A stretch of DNA of 64,000 nucleotides from Squalus acanthias. Lineage: Eukaryota. The stretch spans positions 143,718,001 through 143,782,000 of the forward strand of contig CM059431.1 in the NCBI GenBank assembly GCA_030390025.1, in the 5' to 3' direction. Below are positions 12,496-25,029 of this stretch, piece by piece (positions within the stretch are counted from its first letter, which is position 1; each line of letters starts with the position of its first letter). The translations under genes were made by a program, and so were the position numbers. The notes beneath the pieces were generated by a model. It had not been told where the DNA came from. It worked only from the letters and a program-made list of their open reading frames with translations, and searched no databases.

Positions 12496-12674
12496 GGTGA
12501 AATTCGATGGGGATGGGGACGCGACACAGGAGGAATCGCTCTCACCAACCATTATATACACGCCCGATATTCAGTTCTTTTGAAGTCAATTGGACCGAAT
12601 ATCGGGCGGAGCGGATATCGGACGCCTGATGCGACACCGTTCGTTTTGCGACCTCGCCAATGTCGAATTTCACC
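12496..12674. mobile_element. Palindromic MITE-like short repeat
   Basis: Terminal inverted repeat ggtgaaattcga/tcgaatttcacc and internal palindrome cgcccgatattc...gaatatcgggcg. Related cores lie at ~15970, ~22340, ~26480 and ~34140. Confidence 0.6.
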
Positions 12675-12713
12675 GTCTCCCATACTTAGTCCGGTCTGTT
12701 GCTGTACCCTTAC

Positions 12714-12900
12714 CTTTATATACAGGACAGGTTATCTTGTTCACGTCCAGGTAACTCTTTCCTCCCAGGGCTATCGCCACCTGTGACATTGTTGTAAGGT
12801 TTTCCCAGTTTCCCCGAGAAATTTCTTGCACCATTTTCTGCACAGACTTGGTGCAATTATAGACACGTGAGGTGAACACGTTTATGTTTTCGTCCAGGGC
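12714..12900 (-). CDS. Cobalamin-binding protein gene, exon 6 (end of alpha domain)
   Basis: CAG acceptor and GTAAGG donor; 187 nt, phase 0-1. Translates ALDENINVFTSRVYNCTKSVQKMVQEISRGNWENLTTMSQVAIALGGKSYLDVNKITCPVYK, matching the family pattern AL...NC...EI..G..N....Q....L.GK.YLDV..+TC. Confidence 0.93.
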
Positions 12901-13144
12901 CTGGAGTGTAAAGAAGGTAACAATATTTTGAATATTCAATGTTAATGATCCGGAGATCATTTAGTGTGAGCACATATGAACTCTGTTTCAAAGCTCTGTA
13001 GCATAAAGTGGGAGTCATTGGAAATAAAAATCGGGAGAGATCGGGCTGCAGATTCGTCATCACCCATTTTACACCATCGCACAAACTCAAATCCTACCCC
13101 ACGTGCGTTCTGACCAGGGTACAGTTTAGATTAGATTGCAGTGT

Positions 13145-13440
13145 GGTGAGACCACACTTCGAGTATTGTGAATAGTCCTGGTCCGGTGAGACCACACTTA
13201 GAGTATTATGAATAGTCCTGGTCTGGTGAGACCACACTTAGAGTATTGTGAATAGTCCTGGTCTGGTGAGACCACACTTAGAGTATTGTGAATAGTCCTG
13301 GTCTGGTGAGACCACACTTACAGTATTGTGAATAGTTCTGGTCTGGTGAGACCACACTTAGAGTATTGTGAATAGTTCTGGTCTGGTGAGACCACACTTA
13401 CAGTACTGTGAATAGTTCTGGTTTAGACCACAATTAGAGT
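13145..13440 (+). repeat. 40-bp tandem repeat (~7 copies) derived from CR1 RT sequence
   Basis: Unit gtgagaccacacttagagtattgtgaatagtcctggtctg corresponds to the CR1 VRPHLEYC...WS segment. Confidence 0.9.
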
Positions 13441-13597
13441 ACCGTGCACTGCTCTGTTCTCCATATTACTAAAAGGAAGTAAAGGCACATCTCGAAGGTG
13501 CAATAAAAATATTGGCAATGATTATACCAGAATTCTGTGGTTATAACTATTAGGAAAGTTTTATCAGTTTGGGTGTTTTTCTATAGAAAAGAGAAGG

Positions 13598-15420
13598 GAA
13601 CCCAAAAATCTTCTACCAGCATGTAAACACTAAGCGGGTAGTAAGAGGCGGGCTGGGGCCTATTAGGGACAAAGAAGGTGATATATGCTTAGAGGCGTAG
13701 GGTAAGGCTAGAATACTCAAATAGTACTTTGTATCGGTGTTTACTAAAGAGGTGGATGCTGACAAAATATCGGTAGAAGTGGAAAAGGTAGAAGCAATGG
13801 AAGGGGTGAACATTGATAGACAGGACCTACTAGAAAGACAGGGTATGCTGCGAGTGGATAAGTCGCCTGGTCCAGATGGCTTGCATCCCAGGTTGCAAAG
13901 GGAATTGGGGGAGGATATAGCAGAAGGGCTTGCCATAATTTTCCAATCTTCGCTAGATGCGGGGGAGTTGCCTAAGAATTGGAAAATGGCAAATGTGACA
14001 ATATTGTTCAAGAAAGGGTTTAAGGACAATCCAAGTAACTATAGGTCGGTCAGTTTAACATCAGTGGTGGGTTACGTTTTAGAAACAATACTCAAGGAAA
14101 AAATTAACGGGCAACGAGTGGTTTAACCTAATTAAGGAGAGCCTACACGATTTGTAAAAGGCAGATCATGTTTCACTAATCTAATTGAAATTTTTGATGA
14201 AGTAACAGGGAGGATTGATAAAGGGAATGTAATGGATGTTGTCTACATAGATGGCTGGTTAACAAAATTGAGTTTCATGGATTAGATGGGTCAGTGGCAG
14301 CTTGGATAAGGAATTGGCTTAAGCACAGAAAACCACGAGTTGTGGTAAATGGCTATTTTTGAGACTGCAGGATGGTAGACAGTGGTGTTCCCCAAGGGTC
14401 AGTGCTGGGGCCACTGCTTTTCTTGATATATATAAATGACCTGAATATTGGAATACAAAGTAGAATTTCTAAATTTGCTGATGACACCAAACTTGGCGGG
14501 GGAGGGGTGGGGGTGGTGTGGCAAACAGTGAGGATGATACCAATCGGCTGCAACAGGACATAGAAAGGCTAGCAGAATGGAAAGTGAAGTGACAGATGGA
14601 ATTTAATACAGAGAAGTGTGAGGTGATGCATTTTGGCAGAAGGAACAGGGAAAGGCAATATACACTTAATGGCACAATCTTAAAGAGTGTGCAGTGACCC
14701 AGGGACGTGGGGGTTAATGTCATAGGTCCCTGAAGGTGGCAGGACATATTGAGAGAGTGGTTAGCAATGCCAATGTGATTTTGGGCTTCATAAATAAAGG
14801 TATTGAGCACAAAGGTAGAAAAGTTATGCTCAGCCTCTTTAAGGCGCTGGTTAGACCACAACTGGTGTATTGCATCCAGTTGTGGTCACCAAAGTTTAGG
14901 ATGGATATGAAGGACCTTGAGAAAATGCAGAGGAGATTTACCAGAATGGTTCCGGGGATGGGGGATCTTAGCTACAAGGACAGTTTGGAAAAGCTGGATT
15001 TGTTTTCATTAGAGCAAAGGAGGTTGAGGGATGATTTGATGGAGGTTTACAAGATTATGACGGGTTTGGATAGGCTAGACGGGGAAAGGCTTATCCCACT
15101 AGGTGATGATACAAGGACCAGGGGACAACGATTTAAGGTTTTGTGCAAGAGGTACAAGGGGGATGTGAGGAAAAAAAAATTTATGCGGCGAGAGGCGAAG
15201 ACCTGGAATTCGCTGCCGACGAAAGTTGTGGAAGCGGAGACACTCAATGCTTTCACGGGGAGACTGGGTAGGCATTTGATGGAATAAACTTGCAGGGCTA
15301 CGGGGATGGAGCGGGGGAATGGGACTGACTGGATTGCTCTACAGAGAGCCGGATTGGACTCGATGGGCCGAATGGCCTCGTTTTGTGCCGTTATGTCTCT
15401 ATTAATCTTTGATTCTATTA
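13598..15420 (+). mobile_element. Degenerate 5'-truncated CR1 LINE (RT), nested in an older CR1 fragment (13440-13597 and 15421-15780)
   Basis: [36 protein letters not shown] and WNSLP motifs with stops and frameshifts. The host CR1 resumes at 15421. Confidence 0.9.
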
Positions 15421-16365
15421 CTGAAAGGTGAACTAAAAGAGGTCTTCAAAATTATGAAAGGATTTGATAAGGTAAACGTAGAGAAGATGTCTCCACTTGC
15501 AGGGTGAGTCCAAAACTAGGGTCCATACATATAAGATCGCCACTCATAAACCCAACAAGGAATTTAGGAGAAACTTCTTAACGAGAGAGTGGATAGAAAT
15601 TGTAACTCGCTATCACAAGGAGTAGCAGAGGAGGCGAATAGCAAAGATTGATTTAAGGGAAATCTACATGAAGGAGAAAGGAATAGAAGGATATGGTGAT
15701 AGGGTTAATAGGGCGGGAGGAGCCTCGTGTGGCCCACAAACACACGAAAGGCCTGTTTCTGTACTGAACATTCCATTTAAAGATTGTCCTCTTTGAATTT
15801 GAAGTCAACTAGTTTCTCAATATAACAAAACCATCCTGTTTACATTGCTTATCGTCACTTCAGTGTATTGATTTAATGAGCATTGAGTCATTCGCTTTCT
15901 TTTGTGGTAACTTTAACTTTGAGCGATGATGCACAATGGCCAATTTTGAATTAACCGCCCATTGTATACCACGCCCGATTTTCCTTTGCATTGAATCCAT
16001 GGAAGGTAAAATCTGGCGCCTGTAAATTAGAGAGCAATTGGATATTACCCATTTTACACCTTCACCAAAAGTTAAAATCACCCCTTAAATCTATTTCAAC
16101 CAATGCCCTCCGCTCCTGGCGAGTTCTATCCCATGAAAGATATCGAGGTGTCTCAGAATCTTCCAACAGGCTGTATTTTGCATTGCTTCACACTGAACGT
16201 CATCTGAACACATTAAGCACCGATACACCAATATGGCAATATCGTTTCTATGCTCTAATTGTTTATGGTCCATCGCTTAATATGTTGCGAAGAAGCTGTT
16301 AATTACTAACTGCCCTTAGCGCTAATTAAACTAGAAACCTATTTTCTAATTTCACATCACCATAC

Positions 16366-16541
16366 CTGCATGGCCAGCCCTGTACTGCTCAAGCTCCCAA
16401 TGGTCCCGTCCTCTCTCACTTCACTTAGAATCCGCCTCATTATCCACATTAATGCCTTTGCGATGTCAAGCCGAGATCTGCCTCTTGGTTGTTGCGAGTG
16501 TATCCAACACCTCAGACTAAGTGCCGCGGTGGCCATTGTAT
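16366..16541 (-). CDS. Cobalamin-binding protein gene, exon 5 (alpha domain)
   Basis: TAG acceptor and GTATGG donor; 176 nt, phase 1-0. Translates (D)TMATAALSLRCWIHSQQPRGRSRLDIAKALMWIMRRILSEVREDGTIGSLSSTGLAMQ, matching the VDTxAMAxLALxC and DGxIGxxxSTGLAMQ family signatures. Confidence 0.93.
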
Positions 16542-16669
16542 CTACAACACAGGAAACAATTACCATCGGTTCATGGAGTAAATTTGACAGGAGGGTCGGT
16601 AACGAGAGGACACAGATGTACGATATTGACAAAAGATCCTGAGGGGACATGGGGAGTCATTTTTATTTT

Positions 16670-16900
16670 TTATGCAGCGAATATAACCTGGAATGGACTG
16701 CCTGAACGGGGGGTGGAAGCAGATTCAATGGTGACTTTAAAAAGGGAATTTGATATATACTTGATAAGGATACAAATACAGGGTTATGGCCTATGGGGAA
16801 AGAGAAGGGAGAGTGGGATTAATTGGGGAGCTATTTCAAAGAGCCTCCACAGGTAAGATGGGCCGACATGCCTCCTTCTGTAAGTTTGGCTGATTCTATG
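16670..16900 (+). mobile_element. CR1-type LINE 3' end fragment
   Basis: Encodes WNGLPERGVEADS...KREFDIYL, followed by the 3' UTR motif. Confidence 0.75.
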
Positions 16901-17274
16901 ATGTCCGAAGCCGACAAGGCACGAGCGATCCGAGAACCCATTGATGAAGAGACGCTTCCCAAATTTCCAATCATTTTACTCACAGCCGGTGACCAATGGA
17001 CTCCATCCAGCACAAGTTTACCAATCATTGATTGCAGTGACACGGCCTTGTCCCGAAACAGAACTGTACGGGTCTTAGCTAGAAATTGAATTGGGGGTAA
17101 TGGGGACAAGACTGAGATTATGAAATGCTACTTGTAATAAAACATGCAAGGGGTGAAATGGCATTTGGGCGGGAAATCAATTCAGGCGAAATCGCATTTT
17201 ACGAGCGTTATTTAGTTCTATTGGCCGTTTTGCGGCCCCGCCCAGGTCCAATTACAGCGCCCACACTTCTCCAA

Positions 17275-17635
17275 TCGTAACCTGTGAACCCAGGTAACCA
17301 CTTTCAAAACTCCATCAAATGGATATCTTCAACAATCGTAACCCGTGAACCCAGGTAACCTCCTTCAAAATTCTAGCAAATGGATATCTTCACCGACCGT
17401 GACCTGTGAACCCCGGTAACCTCTTTCTAAAACTCCATCAAATGGATATCTTCACTGACTGTAACCTGTGAACACCGGTAACCTCTTTCTAAAACTCCAT
17501 CAAATGGATATCTTCCCCGACCGTAACCTGTGAACCCGGGTAACCTCGTTCAAAACTCCATCAAATGGATATCTTCACTAACCGTAACCTCTGAACCCGG
17601 ATAACCGCTTTCAAATCTCCCTCAAATGGATATTT
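17275..17635. repeat. ~60-61-bp tandem repeat, ~6 copies (intron 4)
   Basis: Unit cgtaacctgtgaacccaggtaacctctttcaaaactccatcaaatggatatcttcacc. Confidence 0.9.
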
Positions 17636-17676
17636 TAGAAATTATAAATTGAAACGTCTTGTCTGCTCAGACACAC

Positions 17677-17832
17677 CTACAGTTAATTCTTTCCCGTGTT
17701 GAGCGATCTTCCTGAGATGAGCCCGGATGAAATTATGAATGAGAAAGCCCGGGACAGGTTCCTCCTCCTGACACAGCGCCAGGATCGCCAGGCTGGCTTC
17801 AGTAAAGGCCTTGAGAGAATATCCAGCGTTTT
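17677..17832 (-). CDS. Cobalamin-binding protein gene, exon 4 (alpha domain)
   Basis: CAG acceptor and GTGTGT donor; 156 nt, phase 1-1. Translates NAGYSLKAFTEASLAILALCQEEEPVPGFLIHNFIRAHLRKIAQHGKELTV; SLAILALCQ is the intrinsic-factor-type motif. Confidence 0.92.
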
Positions 17833-18284
17833 CTGTAAATACAGTGACAGACTCCAATGTTAGTGATGTGCTCCACATCTGAATAACGGGAACAACAGAT
17901 GTGAGAATTCCTCACTAGTTCGTTCTCGATCATCTCTGTGTGCCAGAAATCAGGCCAAGGATTTAAATGAATTAAATAGAATTGGTGTAGAATTTACAGC
18001 ACAGAAGGAGGCTTTTCGGCCCAACAGGTCTAATTATGCTCCACATGAACCTTACTTCATCTCACTGGAGCAGCTTACCCGAGGGAGCAATTCCTTTCTC
18101 CTTCGTGACCTTGTCTAACTTCGCCTTAAATACATCTATACAATTCGCCTCAACTTCTCCTGTGCTATCAAATTCCACATTCTCGCCACTCTATCGGGAA
18201 AATAAGTTTCTCCTGAATCCCCCATTGTTTTTAGTACTGACTCTACAGCGGACTACTGCTCTCCAGCATGGTTATCCAATCCAC

Positions 18285-21200
18285 ATGATTATGGAGAGAG
18301 GTACAGACTGAGCTGTGAGTGCAATTGGAATTTATGGGGACAGGTACAGACTGAGATGTGAGTGTAATTGGAATTTATGGGGACAGGTACAGACTGAGAT
18401 ATGAGTGTGATTGGAGGTTATGGGGACAGGTACAGACTGAGATATGACTGTGATTGGAGGTTATGGGGACAGGTACAGACTGAGATATGAGTGTGATTGG
18501 AGGTTATGGGGACAGAGACAGACTGAGATATGAGTGTGATTGGGGGTTATGGAGAGAGGTGCAGACTGAGATGTGAGTGTGATTGAAGGTTATAGGGACA
18601 GGTACAGGCTGAGATATGAGTGCGATTGGAGTTTATGGGGACAGTTACAGACTGAGATGTGAGTTTGATTGGAGGTTATGGAGAGAGGTACAGTCTGAGA
18701 TCTGAGTGTGATTCCTCGTTATAGTGACAGGTACAGACTGAGTTGTGAGTGTGATTGGAGGTTATGGAGAGAGGTACAGTCTGAGATGTGAGTGTGATTC
18801 CTGGTTATGGGGACAGGTACAGACTGAGATGTGAGTGTGATTCCTGGTTATGGGGACAGGTACAGACTGAGATGTGAGTGTGATTCCTGGTTATGGGGGC
18901 AGGTACAGACTGAGATATGAGTGTGATTGGAATTTATGGGGACAGGTACAAACTGAGATATGATTGTGATTGGAGGTTTTGGGGACAGTTACAGACTGAG
19001 ATGTGAGTTTGATTGGAGGTTATGTGGACATGTACAGACAGAGATATGAGTGTGATTGGAGGTTATGGGGACAGGTACAGAATGAGATGTGAGTGTGATT
19101 GGAGGTTATGGGGACAGGTACAGACTGAGATATGAGTGTGATTGGAGGTTATGGGGACAGGTACAGACTGAGATATGAGTGTGATTGGAGGTTATGGGGA
19201 CAGGTACAGTCTGAGATGGGAGTGTGATTGCTGCTTATTGAGAGAGGTACAGACTGAGATGTGAGTGTGATTGGAGGTTATGTGGACAGGTACAGAATGA
19301 GATATGAGAGTGATTGGAGTTTATGGGGACAGGTACAGACTGAGGTATGAGTGTGATTGGAATTTATGGAGACAGGTACAGACTGAGATGTGAGTGTGAT
19401 TCCTGGTTATTGGGACAGGTATAGACTGAGATGAGAGTGTGATTGCTGGTTATGGAGACAGGTACAGACTGAGATGAGAGTGTGATTGGAGGTTATGGGG
19501 ACAGGTACAGACTGAGATGTGAGTGTGATTGGAGGTTATGGGGACAGGTACAGACTGAGATGTGAGTGTGATTCCTGGTTATGGAGACAGGTACAGTCTG
19601 AGATGTGAGTGTGATTGGAGGTTATGGGGACAGGTACAGACTGAGATGTGAGTGTGATTCCTGGTTATGGGGACAGGTACAGTCTGAGATGTGAGTGTGA
19701 TTCCTGGTTATGGGGACAGGTACAGACTGAGATGTGAGTGTGATTCCTGGTTTTGGAGACAGGTACAGTCTGAGATGTGAGTGTGATTCCTGGTTATGGA
19801 GACAGGTACAGACTGAGATGTGAGTGTGATTCCTGGTTATGGAGACAGGTACAGACTGAGATGTGAGTGTGATTGGAGGTTATGGGGACAGGTACAGACT
19901 GAGATGTGAGTGTGATTGGAGGTTATGGGGACAGGTACAGACTGAGATGTGAGTGTGATTGGAGGTTATGGGGACAGGTACAGACTGAGATGTGAGTGTG
20001 ATTGGAAGTTATGGAGAGAGGTACAGACTGAGATGTGAGTGTGATTGGAGGGTATTGTGTGAGGTACAGACTGAGATGTGAGTGTGATTGGAGGTTATGT
20101 GGACAGGTACAGAATGAGATATGAGAGTGATTGGAGTTTATGGGGACAGGTACAGACTGAGGTATGAGTGTGATTGGAATTTATGGAGACAGGTACAGAC
20201 TGGGATGGGAGTGTGATTACAGGTTATGGAGAGAGGTACAGACTGAGATGTGAGTGTCATTCCTGGTTATGGGGACAGGTATAGACTGAGATGTGAGTGT
20301 GATTGGAGGTTATGTGGACAGGTACAGACTGAGATATGAGTGTGGTTGGAGGTTATGTACACAGGTACAGACTGAGATATGAGTGTGATTGGAGGTTATG
20401 TGGACAGGTACAGACTGAGATATGAGTGTGATTGGAGGTTATGTGGAAAGGTACAGACTGAGATATGAGTGTGATTGGAATTTATGGGGACAGGTACAAA
20501 CTGAGATATGATTGTGATTGGAGGTTATGAGGACAGTTACAGAATGAGATGTGAGTGTGATTGGAGGTTATGTGGACAGGTACAGACTGAGATGTGAGTG
20601 TGATTCCTGGTTATGGGGAGAGGTACAGACTGAGATGTGAGTGTGATTCCTGGTTATGGGGAGAGGTACAGACTGAGATGTGAGTGTGATTCCTGGTTAT
20701 GGGGACAGGTACAGACTGAGATGTGAGTGTGATTCCTGGTTATGGGGAGAGGTACAGACTGAGATGTGAGTGTGATTCCTGGTTATGGGGACAGGTACAG
20801 ACTGAGATGTGAGTGTGATTCCTGGTTATGGGGACAGGTACAGACTGAGATGTGAGTGTGATTGCTGGTTATGGGGACAGGTACAGACTGAGATGTGAGT
20901 GTGATTCCTGGTTATGGGGACAGGTACAGACTGAGATGTGAGTGTGATTCCTGGTTATGGAGCGAGGTACAGACTGAGATGGGAGAGTGGTTGGATGTTA
21001 TGGAGAGAGGTACAGACTGAGATGTGAGTGTGATTGGAGGTTATGGAGAGAGGTACAGACTGAGATGTGAGTGTGATTGGAGGTTATGGGGTCAGGTACA
21101 GACTGAGATGTGAATATGATTGCTGGTTATGGGGACAGGTACAGACTGAGATATGAGTGTGATTCCTGGTTATGGGGACAGGTACAGACTTAGATGTGAG

Positions 21201-21460
21201 TGCGATTGCTGGTTATGGGGACAGGTACAGACTGAGATGTGAGTGTGATTCCTGGTTATGGCGACAGGTACAGACTGAGATGTGAGTGCGATTGCTGGTT
21301 ATGGGGAGAGGTACAGACTGAGATGTGAGTGTGATTGCTGGTTATGGGGAGAGGTACAGATTGAGATGTGAGTGTGATTCCTGGTTATGGGGACAGGTAC
21401 AGACTGAGATGGGACTGTGATTGGAGGTTATGGAGAGAGGTACAGACTGAGATGTGACTG
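18285..21460. repeat. 43-bp minisatellite, ~74 copies (intron 3)
   Basis: Unit gagatgtgagtgtgattggaggttatggggacaggtacagact, with an alternating attcctggtt variant. Confidence 0.97.
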
Positions 21461-21548
21461 TGTTTGTTGGTTTTCAGCTTGTGTTTGCTGAAAGATGCTT
21501 CTCAATCTCTATGCAAATAACATGGCTAAAGTATGAGTCTACATTTAC

Positions 21549-21719
21549 CTTTAGAAGTTGTTATCCTAGGTATGTGATGCAGTTCACTGTACAGCCTCTC
21601 ATGTAGCATCTCCACCAAATTCACCTCCTTGTTCCCTGCCGATATCTTGGCGGAGTTCCGACAAGAGGATCTGAAGGCTAAGATGTGGTAAACCAACTGG
21701 TCTATGGGGAAGTGTTCAC
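21549..21719 (-). CDS. Cobalamin-binding protein gene, exon 3 (alpha domain)
   Basis: Not in the ORF track. Pyrimidine tract plus CAG acceptor and GTAAAT donor; 171 nt, phase 1-1. Translates EHFPIDQLVYHILAFRSSCRNSAKISAGNKEVNLVEMLHERLYSELHHIPRITTSK, matching the GQLxLxIxALxSSC family motif. Confidence 0.88.
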
Positions 21720-22699
21720 CTGGCGGCAGAGGAACAAACGAGATTCAGTTTGTTCTGACTGGGTCCATCAATACCTAACTGGTTAGTGATTATAAATTCC
21801 TCTTCTGCACTCTGAAGACTTGTATTAATATTCCACCTTATTCTAACTCTCAAAGTGCTTCAAGTACAATAAATTATTTGAAGTGCAGCTACCCTTGTTA
21901 TATCGACCAATTCGGGAGCCATTTTGTGGACAGTCATATCCCACAAACAGCACTGAAGTAGTTAACCAGTTCTAAATTCTTAACTAGCGACACGGTAAAT
22001 GGATTAACTGGTAATGTATTTCATTGGTACTTGTGACATCTTGTGTCCAATTGGTTGTCGAGGTTGTCTATGAAAGAAGAGTGGCTGCATTTCATTGGCT
22101 GTGAAGCAAATGCACGACAGAAATGTAAGTTTCTCCCTCTTCACTCTCCTCTCTCTTTAAACTACTTTGGGTGTTAGCTGGGGAATAAATGTTGGCCAAG
22201 TCCCCGGCAGCATTCTCCCTTCTTGTTCCAATAAAGCCGTGTCAGCTTCAAATTCCACAAGAAAAGATTCTGGGGATAATTTTAGATTCAGACGATATTG
22301 TAAAATAGGCGACACCGAATTGGCCTCCGATTAAAGATCCCGCCCGATTTTCACCTACATTGCAATGGAAAATCAAGCGTGGTGTAAAAGGGCAGCTGAT
22401 GCAACTTAGAGCAGGGGACAGTGTAATGATTTCTGATTTCAAAACAACGAGAGAGCAAGAAGCAGAACCACCGTGCAGGATGGGGGAATATAGGGTTTAG
22501 GTGGAAGAACATCGGAATGTTTAGACCTGCGAAATAATTTCCATAATAGTATCATGAACAAAGGTGGTGCAATAAATGACTGCTCGGCCCATTCACCTGA
22601 GGGCAGAATTCCAGCGAGAAGTCTCCCTCCCTCCCTCTCTTCATCTTCCTCTGTATGTGTCAGTTTCCCTCTTTCTCCATCTCACTCTTTCTCTTCCTC

Positions 22700-22701
22700 A
22701 A

Positions 22702-22733
<32 letters not shown>

Positions 22734-22955
22734 GTACAGACTCGGATATATATGTACACACATACACATATAAACACTTTCAGACACGTATACACACACA
22801 GACACACATATGCATACAGAAGCACAGACACACAGAAACGCAGAGACATACACACACACAATCGCAAAGAAACCCACAGAAAGATATACACAAAGAAACA
22901 TGGAAACACACACACACATATACATATACACACAAACACACACACACATATACAG
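22700..22955. repeat. Degenerate (CA)n/(TACA)n microsatellite
   Basis: Low-complexity CA-rich run. Confidence 0.9.
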
Positions 22956-23645
22956 AAACTTCAATGGCACATTGCTGCAAATTAATCCCTGGGATCTTGA
23001 TTCAAATGGTTGTGAAATTGTAGACTGTAATAAAATGAACTGCACTGGGGAAAAGAAGGAGAATCGCATGAGGTGTGTGAACTTTCAACATTGGCTCTCA
23101 CAAAATAGGCGCCACCGACAGTCATATTAGCTGCTATTTTTAAATTACCCTGTTTATTTTAAATGGACGAAATCCTCTATTCGGAACATTGGAATTGCTG
23201 GGGTGACTAAAGACAAAGGTGCCTCTAATTCTTCGTCTACCATCCTTGTAGTCGCATGATACAATGACATTGAGGTTGTTGTATAATCATCGTAATCAGT
23301 CTCTATAAATTAGTTTATAACAGACACAGACACGAGGCGAGGAATACCCGGTGCTGGAGAGCTTTGTGAACCATAGATACAAAATCACCTGTTCCTCCCA
23401 AGCACGCTACACTGACCATGTGTAAAGTCTCAAATTACACATATACTCTATCTCAAATGTTACGTTTTAATGTCAAACAGAGCAATACGACATGAACGGG
23501 CTAGAAGTTGGGTCACTATTATCATGGGGCCATTTCTAGGTTCCAATTTCCTTCATTAACAATAGTTTGCCAGCCACTCATCCTGTCAACAGTAATAAAG
23601 ATTTTATCCAGATACATCCACATTACCTAATAGTTGACTCCTTAC

Positions 23646-23828
23646 CTGATCCAACCTTTCTAACAGCCGCCTCACTCAGCCTTCGGAGAATGTCTTGTTC
23701 ACTCTGCAGATCATGCTCACTCCCCAGGCGCAGGGCAATGAAAGCCCCGGGGTCTGGCTCCACGGACAGATCACTCAGTTTCCTCTCTATACTCCGGAGA
23801 AGTGATTTCTGCTGATTATCTGGAGCCG
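23646..23828 (-). CDS. Cobalamin-binding protein gene, exon 2 (alpha domain)
   Basis: CAG acceptor at 23829-31 and GTAAGG donor; 183 nt, phase 1-1. Translates APDNQQKSLLRSIERKLSDLSVEPDPGAFIALRLGSEHDLQSEQDILRRLSEAAVRKVGS; PDPGAFIALRL resembles the family motif (P/L)NPSIxIxLxL. Confidence 0.88.
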
Positions 23829-23899
23829 CTGGAATCCACAACCCAATTATTAATCCACTCGCGTGTAATGAACATTAAGATAGCAGTAACACTTAAAGA

Positions 23900-24950
23900 G
23901 CTTGAGGATAATCAGAAGGCGCATGTGGCCGGTGAACACAACATATGAACATACAGTAAGAACATGTATTGTGGTAAACAGTGAGGAGGATAGTAGCAGA
24001 CTTCAGGAGGACACAGACAGACTGAGGAGAGGTAATATAAACCAAATAGTACAATTGTATTCGGGGCGCAGGAAGAGAGAGACCTCGGGTTCACGTACAC
24101 AAATCTCTGAAGGTGACAGGACTTATTGACAAATCTTTAAATAAAACATGGCGGGATCCTTGGCTTTCCAAATAGAAGCGATGTTGTGGAGATGCCGGTG
24201 TTGGACTGGGGTGGACAAATGTGAGAAGTCGCACAACACCAGGTTATAGTCCAAATAAAGCTCTTGGACTATAACCTGGTGTTGTGCGACTTCTCACATT
24301 TCTAAATAGACGCACAGAGTAGAAAAGCAAAGAATTTGTGGCAAAGGTTTATTAATCATTAGTTAAGCTTCAGTTGGTGCATTGTGTCCAATTCTGAGCA
24401 ACACACTTTAGTCAAGGCCTTGGAGAGGATGCAGAGGAGATTTACAAGAATGGTAGCAGGGATGAGGGCCTTCAGTTATGTGGAGAGACTGATGAAGCTG
24501 GGATTGTTCTCCTTAGAGTAGAAAAGGTTAAAGGGAGATTTAATAGGGGTGATCAAAATCCTGAAGAGTTTTGATAGAGTAAATAAGAAGAAACTACTTC
24601 CACTGGCAGAAGATTCAGTGTCAGAGGACAAACACTTAAAGTAACTGGCAGAAGAAACATCGGGGAATGGCGGTGTGGGGGGAGGGGTGGAATTAAAGAG
24701 ATTTAAAAACAATTCAGCAATGTTGCTGCGATCTGGAATGCATTGCCTGAAATGGTGATGGAAACATATTCAATACTAAATTTCAAAAGGGGAATTAGAT
24801 GAATACATGAAGAGGAAAAGGGGCAGGAATTTGGGGAAAGAGCAGGGTGGGTGGACTATTTGCTCTTTCAGAGAGCAGACAGAGGTACGATGGGCCGAAT
24901 GGGCTCCTTCTGCACTTAAGGTTCCATGATTCTATAATTCTTTGATTCTA
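23900..24950 (+). mobile_element. Degenerate CR1 LINE 3' portion (intron 1)
   Basis: RT C-terminal remnants (RLQED, RRFTRMV, WNAL-type) and the 3' UTR motif; interrupted at 24180-24300. Confidence 0.8.
24180..24300. mobile_element. Penelope-type inverted-repeat insertion with deleted centre
   Basis: Hairpin aatgtgagaagtcgcacaacaccaggttatagtccaa...ttggactataacctggtgttgtgcgacttctcacatt, flanked by an imperfect duplication tttccaaatagaagc/tttctaaatagacgc. Confidence 0.75.
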
Positions 24951-25029
24951 AATTACGAAAGAACTCAGTTAAAGGATAAACATCAGGTTTAGGTTCAACA
25001 CTGGGAACTAATCAACAGATCGCACTTAC

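Noticed and set aside
18285..21460. Regular repeats resembling a CRISPR array
   Set aside because: The units are head-to-tail with no unique spacers, there are no cas genes and the context is vertebrate.
22554..23130. Cluster of His/Thr- and Cys/Val-rich ORFs
   Set aside because: They are translations of a CA microsatellite.
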